A DNA stretch of 64,000 nt from positions 3,236,375 to 3,300,374 of the forward strand of contig CAWJLW010000006.1 in NCBI GenBank assembly GCA_963843795.1, read 5' to 3'. Below, piece by piece: positions 40,139 through 50,119 of this stretch (position 1 is the stretch's first letter; the number at the start of each line of letters is the position of its first letter). The translations under genes were made by a program, and so were the position numbers. The notes below the pieces were generated by a model that did not search any database, was not told the DNA's origin, and saw only the letters and a program-made list of their open reading frames with translations. The DNA comes from an uncultured bacterium. GTDB lineage: Bacteria > Armatimonadota > Abditibacteriia > Abditibacteriales > Abditibacteriaceae.

Positions 40139-41248
40139 TCAAACTTCTTTCGCCGCAGCGCGATAAACACTCAGCGTTTGCTGTGCATGGCGTTCAACGG
40201 TGAATTCTGCGGCGCGTTCGCGGCCCAGATGCACCAAATTTTCGCGCCATGGTTCGTCGCACAGCACGTTTTCTAATCCGCGCGCGATAGATTCAATGCT
40301 TGAAGGCGCGACGTGTTGGGCCGCGCCGCCCGCGACTTCACTCATCGCGCCATATTCGCTGGTCAAAACCGCGCAACTGCACGCCATCGCTTCCAAAATT
40401 GGCAAACCGAAACCTTCATAGAAGCTTGGATAAGCAAACAGTTGTGCTTCGCTGTAAAGCGCGGGCAAATCTTCATCGGCGACGTAACCAGCCAAAACCA
40501 GATGCGACGCCGAGCCGGTATCGCGCGGCGTATCGCCCCAACCCTTTTTGCCGCAGATGACCAGTTTGTGCGGCATTTCGGGATATTTGGCTTTCCATTG
40601 CGCGAAGGCTCGCACCAAGTTTTCGACGTTTTTACGTGGCTGCTGCACGCCAACACTCAGCACAAACGGCCCATCAAGATAGTAACGCGCGCGCACTTTG
40701 GCGCGCTGTTCGGACGTTACCGGCTCGAAATACAGCGGGTCAATCGAATAATCGGTCACGGCAATTTTGGTTTCGGGCACCTGCAAGTACTTGCTCAAAT
40801 CATCGCGCGCCGACTGCGTGCCGCAAATCACCCGACGTGCGCGCCGCAATGTGCCCGGCATAAACAGGTTCATAATGGCGCGATGCAAACGCGGAAACGT
40901 ACTGGGCAAAGCGCGCCACACCACATCGTGAACCGTAGTCACGAACGGACGCGCTAAACGCGGCGCGAGATATTGTACATGTACCAAATCAGGCTGCGTT
41001 TGTTTCACGTAACGCGGCAGTTCCAACAGCGTCCAAGCGCGCGAATTGGGAGCGGGCAAAATCACCGGATGCAGATACTCGCACTGTGGCAAAACTTCGC
41101 GCTCGTCGGTGTTATCAAGCAATAAATCGAACTGCCATTGTTCGGGATCGAGATTGAGAGCATACAAACCGCGCAGCAAATTGAGAATATAAGTGCGGTC
41201 GCCGGTTTTGGGCGCGAGCGCGGTGCGGCAGTCGATGGCAATTCTCAT
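40139..41248 (-). CDS. Glycosyltransferase family 4
   Basis: MRIAID, TTVHDV, VG..QPRKN and YPSFYEGFGLPILEAMAC. Confidence 0.93.
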   Translation of the reverse strand: MRIAIDCRTALAPKTGDRTYILNLLRGLYALNLDPEQWQFDLLLDNTDEREVLPQCEYLHPVILPAPNSRAWTLLELPRYVKQTQPDLVHVQYLAPRLARPFVTTVHDVVWRALPSTFPRLHRAIMNLFMPGTLRRARRVICGTQSARDDLSKYLQVPETKIAVTDYSIDPLYFEPVTSEQRAKVRARYYLDGPFVLSVGVQQPRKNVENLVRAFAQWKAKYPEMPHKLVICGKKGWGDTPRDTGSASHLVLAGYVADEDLPALYSEAQLFAYPSFYEGFGLPILEAMACSCAVLTSEYGAMSEVAGGAAQHVAPSSIESIARGLENVLCDEPWRENLVHLGRERAAEFTVERHAQQTLSVYRAAAKEV

Positions 41249-41286
41249 AGAATATGCGCGGCAAGTACTTGCACAGCAAGCGAAAG

Positions 41287-42411
41287 CTACGCGCTGGCGA
41301 CGGCGCGTTTTTGACTTGCGCTTTTGCGTTGCGCGCGCTGTTTAGTTTCTTCAATCAGTTCAGGCGTCACCGATTTTTCAAAAGCGCGGAAGCCCGACAA
41401 ACCGAAGCCATGTTTGCGCGCCAACGCGCCGATATTTTCGACTTGCTCGACGCTCAGTTCGCGCCCCAACGTATAAGGTTGATAACTGCCTTCGAGCGCC
41501 ATGAGAATGGTTTCACTCATGCAAGCATACGCGGTGCGCGGAGGAAAACCGAAATCGAAGCCAAAGTCAACTGCGCCCGGCACGTCAATCACGCCGCCTT
41601 CGATAACAAGAACATCGTCGCGCTTTTCGATGACGCTTTTGGAAACGTCGCGCGGGCGCGCGACATCGCATACTACAGCGCCGATTTTCAAATCTTCGGG
41701 AAACACCAGTTCTTTGCCCGCCGCCGAAACGGCTAAGACTAAATCGGCATCGCGCAGGGCACGATTAATATCGGTCGCGACATCGACCAAAGCGCCTTTG
41801 GAAATCAGGTTCAATTCATCGCGCAGAGCGTTCAATTTCTCCGCATCGCGCCCGATGAGCGTAATCGCACCGACTTGAGGCGACAGAATTTTCGCGCAGA
41901 CGGCTCCGATTGAACCGGTCGCGCCGATAATCGCCACGCGCGCCTGCGAAACATCGACTTCCATCATTTGCGCAGCGCGTAGCAAACCTTCAACGGCAGT
42001 GTAAACCGTGTAAGAATTGCCGCTCGTCACGTTGATGATGCCTTCCAAACGTTTGGCGACCGAAATTCCGGCATCACCTGCGACAGATGTGAACGCGCCC
42101 AAACCAACGATTTTCGCTCCTAAATCGGCACCCAAGCGTCCGGTTTTGGCGATCACATCGTAGATAAATTCCAATGGTAAGCCGGTTTCACCGGTCAGTT
42201 GGCGCGGGCCGAGCGGACAGCCCAAAAGCCAGCCTTCGCACTGCGCGCCGGTTTTTGAAGTGATGCCCTTAATTTCGCCCATGACTTGCGGGCTAATTTT
42301 GGTCATCAGCCATTCGACAAAGCCTTGCGAGGTGTATTTGAGGACAGGAAACTTGCGCGCCGCATCGCGCTTCACGTCCATCGGATGAATGATAAATGCA
42401 AACTTTTCCAT
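41287..42411 (-). CDS. Acyl-ACP reductase-like NAD(P)-binding oxidoreductase (COG5322-like)
   Basis: KFAFIIHP, I.S.TG...EG, IVGLGAFTSV, TSGNSYT, GATGSIG.VC, DVARPRD and YACMSETILMALEG; same motif order as cyanobacterial acyl-ACP reductase. Confidence 0.75.
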   Translation of the reverse strand: MEKFAFIIHPMDVKRDAARKFPVLKYTSQGFVEWLMTKISPQVMGEIKGITSKTGAQCEGWLLGCPLGPRQLTGETGLPLEFIYDVIAKTGRLGADLGAKIVGLGAFTSVAGDAGISVAKRLEGIINVTSGNSYTVYTAVEGLLRAAQMMEVDVSQARVAIIGATGSIGAVCAKILSPQVGAITLIGRDAEKLNALRDELNLISKGALVDVATDINRALRDADLVLAVSAAGKELVFPEDLKIGAVVCDVARPRDVSKSVIEKRDDVLVIEGGVIDVPGAVDFGFDFGFPPRTAYACMSETILMALEGSYQPYTLGRELSVEQVENIGALARKHGFGLSGFRAFEKSVTPELIEETKQRAQRKSASQKRAVASA

Positions 42412-42480
42412 AGTTTTCGGCACACCGTTTCTAAACGCACCGCAAGTACTTGCAGCAAGTACTTGCCGACAGTTATTCAC

Positions 42481-43449
42481 TTATTTAGTACTGAATTCAA
42501 TGATGCGCGGCTTCCAGTTTAATTGCTGCAACAAAGTTTGATACTCAGACGGCGTGCGCGCTCCTAGGGCTGCAAAAATTCCTTCCATCACATTAGTGCC
42601 GAAACTACGATTCTCGAACTCGGGCGTTGTCGTAATCAAGCGTCCCGCGCCACGTTCGCGCAACAATTCGACATCTTCTTTGGTGACCGTATTGGTCAGA
42701 ATGGTTTGGCCATTCAAACGGTCGGGCAAATACTGGCGAATCATCAGAAAGTCGCCTGCAATAATTTGGGCTTCGTCGTAGAATTTTTGATATTTGGGCG
42801 CGCTTTTAATTTGCTTTTGTTTTTCTCCGGTCGGATACAACATGGTGAAAGGCAGGCGACAGGCAAGCGGCAAAATGACGCGCGCCAACTTGCTGACCGC
42901 GCTCAGCTTGCGCAGCCGAATTGGGATTCCCAATACAAAAAGTAGATCGCCGAAAACTGTTTTCGCGCCCAGCCGCGCAATTTCTTCAGACAAACCAAAA
43001 CGATCAACCGCGCAGGTCACGAGAACGCGCGAAGTTTTGAAATCGACCAGGTTTTCGCGTTGCAAGTACTTCACGGTTTCGCGTTCAAGCGTGTCTTTTA
43101 AGCCGCTGCCATCAACCACGGGCGTAATTTTCGCGGCGCGTGCCAGCTTCAAAGCATCGCGCAAAACGTAACGCTGCGCGCCCGCAATGAGAAACAAATC
43201 AATGCCGCCCAAGCCAATCGCTGCGACGTGCCCGTCGAGTTCGGAAATGAGCTTTTGCGCGCGTCCCATATCGCCATCGACGCCACGTCGTTCGATAGAA
43301 AACTCCCGGCCCAGCAAATTGGCGCGCGCGCTGTGATCGCGCCCAGCCGAACCCAGAGAAACCGATACCACGCGTAGAATTGGGGAAGATTCAGCGCTTG
43401 ACTCGGGGGGCGAAGTTGTGGCAAACGGGGCGTTAAATGTTGCGAGCAT
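42481..43449 (-). CDS. Conserved protein commonly found next to COG5322 reductases (often auto-annotated quinate 5-dehydrogenase)
   Basis: VVSVSLGS..RD, IERRG.DGD, GLGGIDL, TPVVDGSGLK.TLE, AVDRFG, LYPTG, AGDF and RSFGTNVME. Confidence 0.65.
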   Translation of the reverse strand: MLATFNAPFATTSPPESSAESSPILRVVSVSLGSAGRDHSARANLLGREFSIERRGVDGDMGRAQKLISELDGHVAAIGLGGIDLFLIAGAQRYVLRDALKLARAAKITPVVDGSGLKDTLERETVKYLQRENLVDFKTSRVLVTCAVDRFGLSEEIARLGAKTVFGDLLFVLGIPIRLRKLSAVSKLARVILPLACRLPFTMLYPTGEKQKQIKSAPKYQKFYDEAQIIAGDFLMIRQYLPDRLNGQTILTNTVTKEDVELLRERGAGRLITTTPEFENRSFGTNVMEGIFAALGARTPSEYQTLLQQLNWKPRIIEFSTK

Positions 43450-43623
43450 GAGAGCAATTATAGCTTTATAGCGGCACTTGCAAGGAATTTTTCACGAAAA
43501 TCATGCTGCAAGTACTTGTAGCGGCGCGCAGGTTGCGTGACGCTGGCAACTGCATTTGGAGGTGCTTGTGCGCAGCACAGTTATTAAGGCAGTCGCTATA
43601 ATATTAGATAGGTTTTTTATTTT

Positions 43624-45231
43624 ATGAGCAAATCGCCTCACCTTTCTCCACCGCCCGTAGGCGCATCGTCGGCAGGTGCGCCACCTGCTTTACGCGCGGT
43701 CGCGTCGCGCGGGGATACGCCACGGGGAGGCGCGCGCATCACGGCACAGGGGCGTTTGAACGCGTGGCGCGATGCGGTGGCGATGCGGTGGATCGCGGCT
43801 CAACAATACGAAAGCAAAAACGAAATTGCGGAATCGCGCGATGCTTTGGAAACGCGCGAAGCCGAACTGGTTGTCGCGATTTTTCGCACGCTGGTTTTAG
43901 TCGCGGTTCTCATCGGGCCACACGTTCTGGGTTTGCCGGTATCGTACGAACGCGGCGAAATCTGGCTGGCCGCCATCGCGGGTATTTACAACATCGTGAC
44001 CGCGTTGGGCTGTTTGCTGCCATCGCGCTACGGCTTGCGCCGCCCGTTCATTACCGCGATGGATTTGCTGCTGGTCACGCTGTGGATTCAGCTTTCGGGC
44101 CAGTGGGAACTGCGCACGTTTTATTATGTGATTGTTGTCGTCGCAGCGATGTGGTTTCGCGTGCTGGGCGGTATTGTCACGGCGACGTTTTGCAACTTTT
44201 TCTTCTTGTATTTGTGGTTCCGCATGGCTGGCGACCCGCAAATCGCCAATCCACCCACCTTCAATACGCCGCTCATTCTCAACACGGCGATGCTGTTTTT
44301 AGTCGGGGCTTTGGTCGGTTACATTGCCGAAGCGCAGGAACGCGAACGCGAACGCCGCCTGGAAGACCAGTTGTTAATTGCCAATTATCAGCGCGAAATT
44401 GATTTGTCGTCGCAATTGCAACCTTCGCTGGTCGCGCCGCAATTATTGAATCAAAACGAGCTGGGCACATCGGAAAACGATGCGTATCTCGATATTGGCG
44501 CCGCGATGCAAAGCGCACGCACCTTAGGCGGCGGCGATTTCTGCGACGTAATTCCGCTTGGCAACGGCCTAACCGGCATTTGCATCGCCGATGTTTCGGG
44601 AAAAAGCGTGCGGGCTCAGGCGCGGTTGCCTTTGTTGAAATACTCGTTGCGCGCCTTGGCTCCGCTGTATTCGCAGCCCGAAAAATTAGTGGCGCGCTTA
44701 AACCAAACTCTCGCGCCCGATTTACAGCCCGAACTTTATATTGCGTTTTGCTACATCGTTCTCGACCCGAAAAAGCGCACGCTGAGTTGGTGCAACGCGG
44801 GTCACATCGCGCCGCTGTTGCTATCTGCCAGAGATGAAAACAAAACCACGTTGCTAAAAACGCACGGCCCGGCGCTGGGCATGTTTGGCGAGGCCGAATA
44901 CGCGCACGGCACGCACGAATGGCAGCCCACTGATTGTCTGCTACTCTACACCGATGGACTGACCGATGCTTTTTCGTATCGTGGCAGCGAAGACGGCGAA
45001 GCGCAACTCAAGAAATTGGCGCGCGCCATCGTGCAAAGTGGCCAGTGCGCGCACCAAGACGCCGGAAATTTGCTGGCGCTGGCAACCGCCATTTTGGACG
45101 ATAACGGCCCCCTAGAGCGCGCCCATTCGGTTCTCAATCGTACCGGCTTCAAATACGACGAAAGTGAAGAATCCAAAATTCACCGCGACGACATTACAGT
45201 CGTCGTTGCACGATGTATGGGCGCATCATGA
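43624..45231 (+). CDS. Membrane-bound PP2C/SpoIIE (RsbU-like) serine phosphatase
   Basis: N-terminal TM bundle; GGDFCD, IADVSGK, NAGH, LLYTDGL and DDIT. Confidence 0.92.
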   Translation: MSKSPHLSPPPVGASSAGAPPALRAVASRGDTPRGGARITAQGRLNAWRDAVAMRWIAAQQYESKNEIAESRDALETREAELVVAIFRTLVLVAVLIGPHVLGLPVSYERGEIWLAAIAGIYNIVTALGCLLPSRYGLRRPFITAMDLLLVTLWIQLSGQWELRTFYYVIVVVAAMWFRVLGGIVTATFCNFFFLYLWFRMAGDPQIANPPTFNTPLILNTAMLFLVGALVGYIAEAQERERERRLEDQLLIANYQREIDLSSQLQPSLVAPQLLNQNELGTSENDAYLDIGAAMQSARTLGGGDFCDVIPLGNGLTGICIADVSGKSVRAQARLPLLKYSLRALAPLYSQPEKLVARLNQTLAPDLQPELYIAFCYIVLDPKKRTLSWCNAGHIAPLLLSARDENKTTLLKTHGPALGMFGEAEYAHGTHEWQPTDCLLLYTDGLTDAFSYRGSEDGEAQLKKLARAIVQSGQCAHQDAGNLLALATAILDDNGPLERAHSVLNRTGFKYDESEESKIHRDDITVVVARCMGAS

Positions 45232-45247
45232 GCCATTAATGGCTCAT
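45228..45247. terminator. 20-bp perfect palindrome between convergent genes
   Basis: atgagccatt|aatggctcat; no U-tract, so terminator role is uncertain. Confidence 0.35.
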
Positions 45248-45263
45248 CAAAATCGCCACTGCA

Positions 45264-46421
45264 TTAATCCATCTCTTCGTAGTGCGTGACGCGGTTGCGA
45301 CCGGCGCGCTTGGAGTGATAAAGCGCCTGGTCGGCAGCTTTAATTAAATTTGCGTCCGCATCGTTTTGGTGAGCCGAGTTCTCAAAGGTAGCCGCGCCAA
45401 AGCTGGCTGTGATGGGGCGATGCGACCACGCCGCGTTTTCGATAGCACTACGCAATCGCTCGGCCATTTGAATCGCCCATTTTTTATCGGTATTGGGCAG
45501 CAAAATGGCGAACTCTTCGCCACCATAGCGCGCGGTGAAGTCAGCGGTGCGCGAGTTTTCCTTCAGCAAAAAAGCCAAGCGAATCAAAACGTCATCGCCC
45601 GCGGGATGACCGAAGCTATCATTGAACTGCTTGAAAGAATCGACATCCATCAACAGCAGTGAAAGCGGCTGACCGTAGCGCGTGGTGCGTTCCATTTCTT
45701 CATTGAGTTTTTCCTTGAACGCGCGATAATTTTTCAACATGGTCAGGCCATCGTGAGTAGCCAGAGAATGCAATTGACGATTGGCTTCCTCCAGTTTTTG
45801 CTGTTGCTCGATAATCTGCTGCGATTGTTCGCGAAGTTGATCGTTGAGCGCCCGCAATTCGCGTTGCACTTGCAGCAACACGCGATTTTGTTCGACCGCA
45901 TTGCCGTAAGTCGAAAGCAGCAAACTCAGCATTTGCTGGCGACTGGCTGTAATCTCGTGGCGCGCACCATTGATGCTCACTTCCAGCGGTTGCAGCGTTT
46001 GAGCGTCGGGCGGCAAAACCGGCTGTTGCAAAACTTCTTTGATTGTATCGAGCAGATAATCGGGGCTGTAAGGTTTGGTCAGATAATAATCGGCACGCGC
46101 CATTAATCCCAGAACGATATCCGACGTATCAGATAACGAAGTGAGCAAAATCACCGGAACTTCGCGCAGCGCTTCGTCTTGCTTAAGCGCCAGACACATA
46201 TCGTAGCCGTTCATGATCGGCATCACGACATCGCTGATAATTAAAGTAGGCTTTTTCTCGCGCGCCATATCGAGCGCCTCGCGTCCGTCAGCCGCCGCGC
46301 GCACCAGATAACCTCGATTTTGCAAAAGGTCTTTGAGCAGTTTCGATTGCACACGGCTATCATCCACGATGAGAATTTCAATTTCAGAACGCAATGACAG
46401 AGGAAGTGGAAGTGGAACCAT
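45264..46421 (-). CDS. Response-regulator diguanylate cyclase (WspR-like)
   Basis: REC domain (ILIVDDS, ISDVVMP, YLTKP), coiled coil, then RTAD I-site and RYGGEEF. Confidence 0.92.
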   Translation of the reverse strand: MVPLPLPLSLRSEIEILIVDDSRVQSKLLKDLLQNRGYLVRAAADGREALDMAREKKPTLIISDVVMPIMNGYDMCLALKQDEALREVPVILLTSLSDTSDIVLGLMARADYYLTKPYSPDYLLDTIKEVLQQPVLPPDAQTLQPLEVSINGARHEITASRQQMLSLLLSTYGNAVEQNRVLLQVQRELRALNDQLREQSQQIIEQQQKLEEANRQLHSLATHDGLTMLKNYRAFKEKLNEEMERTTRYGQPLSLLLMDVDSFKQFNDSFGHPAGDDVLIRLAFLLKENSRTADFTARYGGEEFAILLPNTDKKWAIQMAERLRSAIENAAWSHRPITASFGAATFENSAHQNDADANLIKAADQALYHSKRAGRNRVTHYEEMD

Positions 46422-46536
46422 AATAGGTTGTTTTCGATTAATTTCGAGCGTTGAAATGACCGGCAAGTACTTGCCGCAAGTACTTGCTGGAACAGTTTGA
46501 CCATCCGGTTAAATTCGCAGCGCATCGGCAGATGCA

Positions 46537-47655
46537 TCAGCCAGATGCATTGGTCAGACGCACCAGCGAGCGCACGATTTCAGCGGGCGACAACACCATT
46601 TGAGCCGCGCCGAGGGCAATTGCTTGTTTAGGCATACCAAAAACGACACACGAAGCCTCGTCTTGGGCCAATGTTGTTCCGCCCGCGCGTTGGATGGCTT
46701 GCAAACCCGCAGCCCCATCGCTGCCCATGCCAGTGAGCAAAACCCCCATCGCCGAATGTCCGTAGCAGTGCGCCACCGATTCAAAAGTCGCAGTGATCGA
46801 AGGCCGATGCCCGCCGAGGTGCGGCGCGTGGCTGCAAAGCAAGCGTTTTTGATTGTCGATTTCGAGATGAGTCTCCTCTTTTGGAAAATAAACCGTTCCC
46901 GGCAAGGCCGTTTCGCCGTGCGAGGCGATTTTTATGTGCAGGCGACATTGCGAATCCAGCCACTCGACCAAACCATCGAGAAAACCCACACTGATATGCT
47001 GAACGCATAAAATGGGACACGGAAAATTTTCTGGCAAACCGCCGAAAATCGTTTGAAGTACTTGTGGCCCGCCCGTCGAAGCACCAATGGCGACCAAACG
47101 AATCAGCTTCGATTTCTCAGATAATAAAGCCGGATTGCCAACAGATTCGACTGCTGCCTCACGCGCCAGCGGCGCATCGCGGAGCGAAGTTCGAGTGACA
47201 GCGCGCCGCCGAATCACTCGCACGCCGCTGAGAATGCGAATTTTTTGCACCAGTTCGGCGGCGGTTTTCTCGAATGGCGCGTTCGCCGTTGGCTTGGGAA
47301 AAACATCGACCGCGCCCGCTTGTAGCAACGGAAACGCGCGGTGGCTTTCTCCGGGTTCAATTGTCGAACTAATAACCAAAATCGGGCGCGGAAACACCTC
47401 CATCGTTTGTTCAATGAGCGCCAAACCGTCCATGTTGGGCATGAGATAATCGGTGCAAATCACATCCGGCTGCGCGCTTGCGAACGCGGTCAGTGCCTGA
47501 CGACCATCGCATGCAGTGCCCACGACTTCTATATCGGGTTCGGTAGCGAGGAAACGTTTCAGCATCACCAGCGCAACCGGAGAATCATCGACTAAAAACA
47601 CGCGAATCGATTTCTTGGTGCGGCTTGTGGTTGGATTTGGGTTGGGCCACTCCAT
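46537..47655 (-). CDS. cheB: Chemotaxis methylesterase CheB (WspF-like)
   Basis: REC domain plus IGASTGGP, VQH, HRPS, LLTGMGSDGA and FGMP. Confidence 0.95.
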   Translation of the reverse strand: MEWPNPNPTTSRTKKSIRVFLVDDSPVALVMLKRFLATEPDIEVVGTACDGRQALTAFASAQPDVICTDYLMPNMDGLALIEQTMEVFPRPILVISSTIEPGESHRAFPLLQAGAVDVFPKPTANAPFEKTAAELVQKIRILSGVRVIRRRAVTRTSLRDAPLAREAAVESVGNPALLSEKSKLIRLVAIGASTGGPQVLQTIFGGLPENFPCPILCVQHISVGFLDGLVEWLDSQCRLHIKIASHGETALPGTVYFPKEETHLEIDNQKRLLCSHAPHLGGHRPSITATFESVAHCYGHSAMGVLLTGMGSDGAAGLQAIQRAGGTTLAQDEASCVVFGMPKQAIALGAAQMVLSPAEIVRSLVRLTNASG

Positions 47656-50067
47656 TTAAACCAACCTCCGTAGAGTATCAATTAATACTTTTTGCTCGAA
47701 AGTCCCTTTGGTGATATAAGCATTGGCGCCCACCTCAATGCCGCGCCGCTTATCGTCGTCGCTGGCCAGCGAAGTTACGAGGATAATTGGCAGTTCTTTG
47801 TAACGAGGGTTTTCGCGAATCTTCGCGGTCAAATCCAGTCCGGTCAGGTTGGGCATTTCGATATCGGAAACCACAGCATCGAAGTCACGCGAAGGAAGTT
47901 TGCGAAACGCATCGGCGCCATCAACTGCAGTCACGACTTCGTAACCCGCACCTTCCAAGATGCGCTTTTCCTGTGTGCGCGTGGTAATCGAATCTTCGGC
48001 TAGCAAAATTAATTTGCGCACTTCGTTCTCGGCGTTGGAGACTTCGGCTTCGTCCATAGTCAGCGAGACGGAAAGCTGTGCGGGACGAGACGCGTGATGC
48101 AGAGCAGTTTTCGCGAGATCATGAGCATTGAGCACCATGCAGATTTCACCCGCGCCCAAAATTGTGACGCCCGACACGTTACGCACGCGCTTCAAAAGCG
48201 CGCCCAACGGCTTGAGCATTATCTCCTGTTCATCGACCAATCCATCGACTTGCACGCCGAATCGCTCGTCGCCGACTTCCAGCACGACATAAATCTCATC
48301 GTCACGCGCTGTTGCGGCTGGCAGTTCCAGCAACGATGCCAAACCAACCAGCGGCAACGCGCGATTATCCAGAACTACAGTCTGGCGCCCTTCGACCGTG
48401 AAGGTTTGAGCGCGATTAATGCGCACGATGGTTTGCACCCACTCGACTGGAATCGCATACGAACGCTCTCCAACTTTCACCAGCAGCACGCGTGTAGTGA
48501 CTAAAGTAGACGGCAAACGAATCGTGAAAGTCGTACCCCTATCGGGTTCGGAATGAACGCGAATGCTGCCTTTGAGCCGTTCGATGTTGATGCGCACTAC
48601 GTCCATTCCCACGCCCCGCCCCGACACATCGGTCACCAGCGCGCTGGTCGAAAAGCCGGGCGCAAAAATCAGCAATTGCAACTGCTCGGTCGTCATCGCA
48701 GCCAGTTCGTCTTCACTGTACAAACGGCGTTTGAGCGCAGTAGCTTTGATGGCCGCGAGGTTCAAACCGCGCCCATCGTCTTGCAGCTCAACGATGACAT
48801 TGTTGGCGGTTTGATACGCGCGCAGGCGAATCGCGGCCACGCGCGGCTTGCCTTTTTGTTCGCGCTCGCGCGGCAGCTCGATGCCATGATCAATGGCGTT
48901 GCGCAGCATATGCATCAAAGGGTCTTTGAGGTCTTCAAGAATGCGTTTATCGGCAGCAGTTTCGCCGCCTTCAATGGTGAAATGAATTTCCTTATTTAAC
49001 TCGCGCGCCAGATCGCGTACCAGACGCGGGAAGAGGTTGAACATCTGCGCAAGCGGCAGCAAACGCACGTTGCGGATGCCGCCTTCGAGTTCGTCGGCCA
49101 CCAGATTCAAGCGCATAACGTCTTGATATGTGGTTTGTTTGAACTGCTCCAGAAGCACTTTCAAGCGGTTCAAACGCACTTGTTCGCGATCTTGAAAAGC
49201 CGACAATTGTTTATCATCACGCGTAGGCACAGTTGAAACTGCCACGCGGCGCTGGTCGGCCATATCTTTGTTCCATTCTTCCCACAATGCGCCCACTTCT
49301 TCAAAAGCTGTCATGCCACGCATGACGCGAGTGGTGGTGACGGTGAGTTCGCTGGCCAGGGTCATCAGGGCGTCCAACCGGGCGGGCGGCACGCGCATGG
49401 TTTGAATTTTGAATTCATCGCGCTGCCCATCTGTCATTTCGCCCTGTATTCCGACGTTTTGAGTTTCGGCCACTTCAATGGCGCTTTCTCTGGTGCTTTC
49501 TGCAGCGTTTGCGTCCGTTTGTAATTCGCTGACCGCTACCGACTCCACCGGCTTTTCTTCGATGGGCGTTTCGGATGGTGGCGGCTCGATTGGCGGTTCG
49601 ATATCAAGCGAGGCCGAAAATATGGTCGGCGAAGAAGCCAGCACGGGTGAAACAGCGCTTACTTCTGGGGTAACTGGTGTTGATGCGCCGGTTGCTTTGC
49701 CACTTAGCTGTGCCAATACCGCTTCGACATCGACATTCGCGGGAGTGCCACTTGTCGCTTCTTTGACCAGTTGACGCATCGCAGTTAAGCCGATTGAATA
49801 GCGGTCGATGTGGGTTGCAGTGAGGGCGCTACGCCCGCGTCGCACGCCGCCCAACTCATCTTCCATATGGTGCGCGATAAGTTCCACGCCGGTCACGCCA
49901 ATCATGCGCGCTGTACCCTTGAGACTGTGCGCCGCGCGAAAAACTTCTTCGAGCGTAGCCTTGTCGTCGGGAGCAGCTTCGAGACGCAACAAACCATCAT
50001 CTAGCGTTTGCAGATGTTCTTCGCTTTCGGCTTGAAAAAGTTCGCGTAATTCTTCGTCTTCAATCAT
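47656..50067 (-). CDS. cheA: Hybrid CheA-REC histidine kinase (WspE-like)
   Basis: Hpt (FRAAHSLKG), HMLRNAIDHG, DDGRG, PGFST..VTDVSGRGVGMD, CheW domain and a C-terminal REC. Confidence 0.95.
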   Translation of the reverse strand: MIEDEELRELFQAESEEHLQTLDDGLLRLEAAPDDKATLEEVFRAAHSLKGTARMIGVTGVELIAHHMEDELGGVRRGRSALTATHIDRYSIGLTAMRQLVKEATSGTPANVDVEAVLAQLSGKATGASTPVTPEVSAVSPVLASSPTIFSASLDIEPPIEPPPSETPIEEKPVESVAVSELQTDANAAESTRESAIEVAETQNVGIQGEMTDGQRDEFKIQTMRVPPARLDALMTLASELTVTTTRVMRGMTAFEEVGALWEEWNKDMADQRRVAVSTVPTRDDKQLSAFQDREQVRLNRLKVLLEQFKQTTYQDVMRLNLVADELEGGIRNVRLLPLAQMFNLFPRLVRDLARELNKEIHFTIEGGETAADKRILEDLKDPLMHMLRNAIDHGIELPREREQKGKPRVAAIRLRAYQTANNVIVELQDDGRGLNLAAIKATALKRRLYSEDELAAMTTEQLQLLIFAPGFSTSALVTDVSGRGVGMDVVRINIERLKGSIRVHSEPDRGTTFTIRLPSTLVTTRVLLVKVGERSYAIPVEWVQTIVRINRAQTFTVEGRQTVVLDNRALPLVGLASLLELPAATARDDEIYVVLEVGDERFGVQVDGLVDEQEIMLKPLGALLKRVRNVSGVTILGAGEICMVLNAHDLAKTALHHASRPAQLSVSLTMDEAEVSNAENEVRKLILLAEDSITTRTQEKRILEGAGYEVVTAVDGADAFRKLPSRDFDAVVSDIEMPNLTGLDLTAKIRENPRYKELPIILVTSLASDDDKRRGIEVGANAYITKGTFEQKVLIDTLRRLV

Positions 50068-50119
50068 GGAAAATGCACTGCAAGTACTTGCAGCGCCTTA
50101 TCGCGGGCCGAGTGCGATC

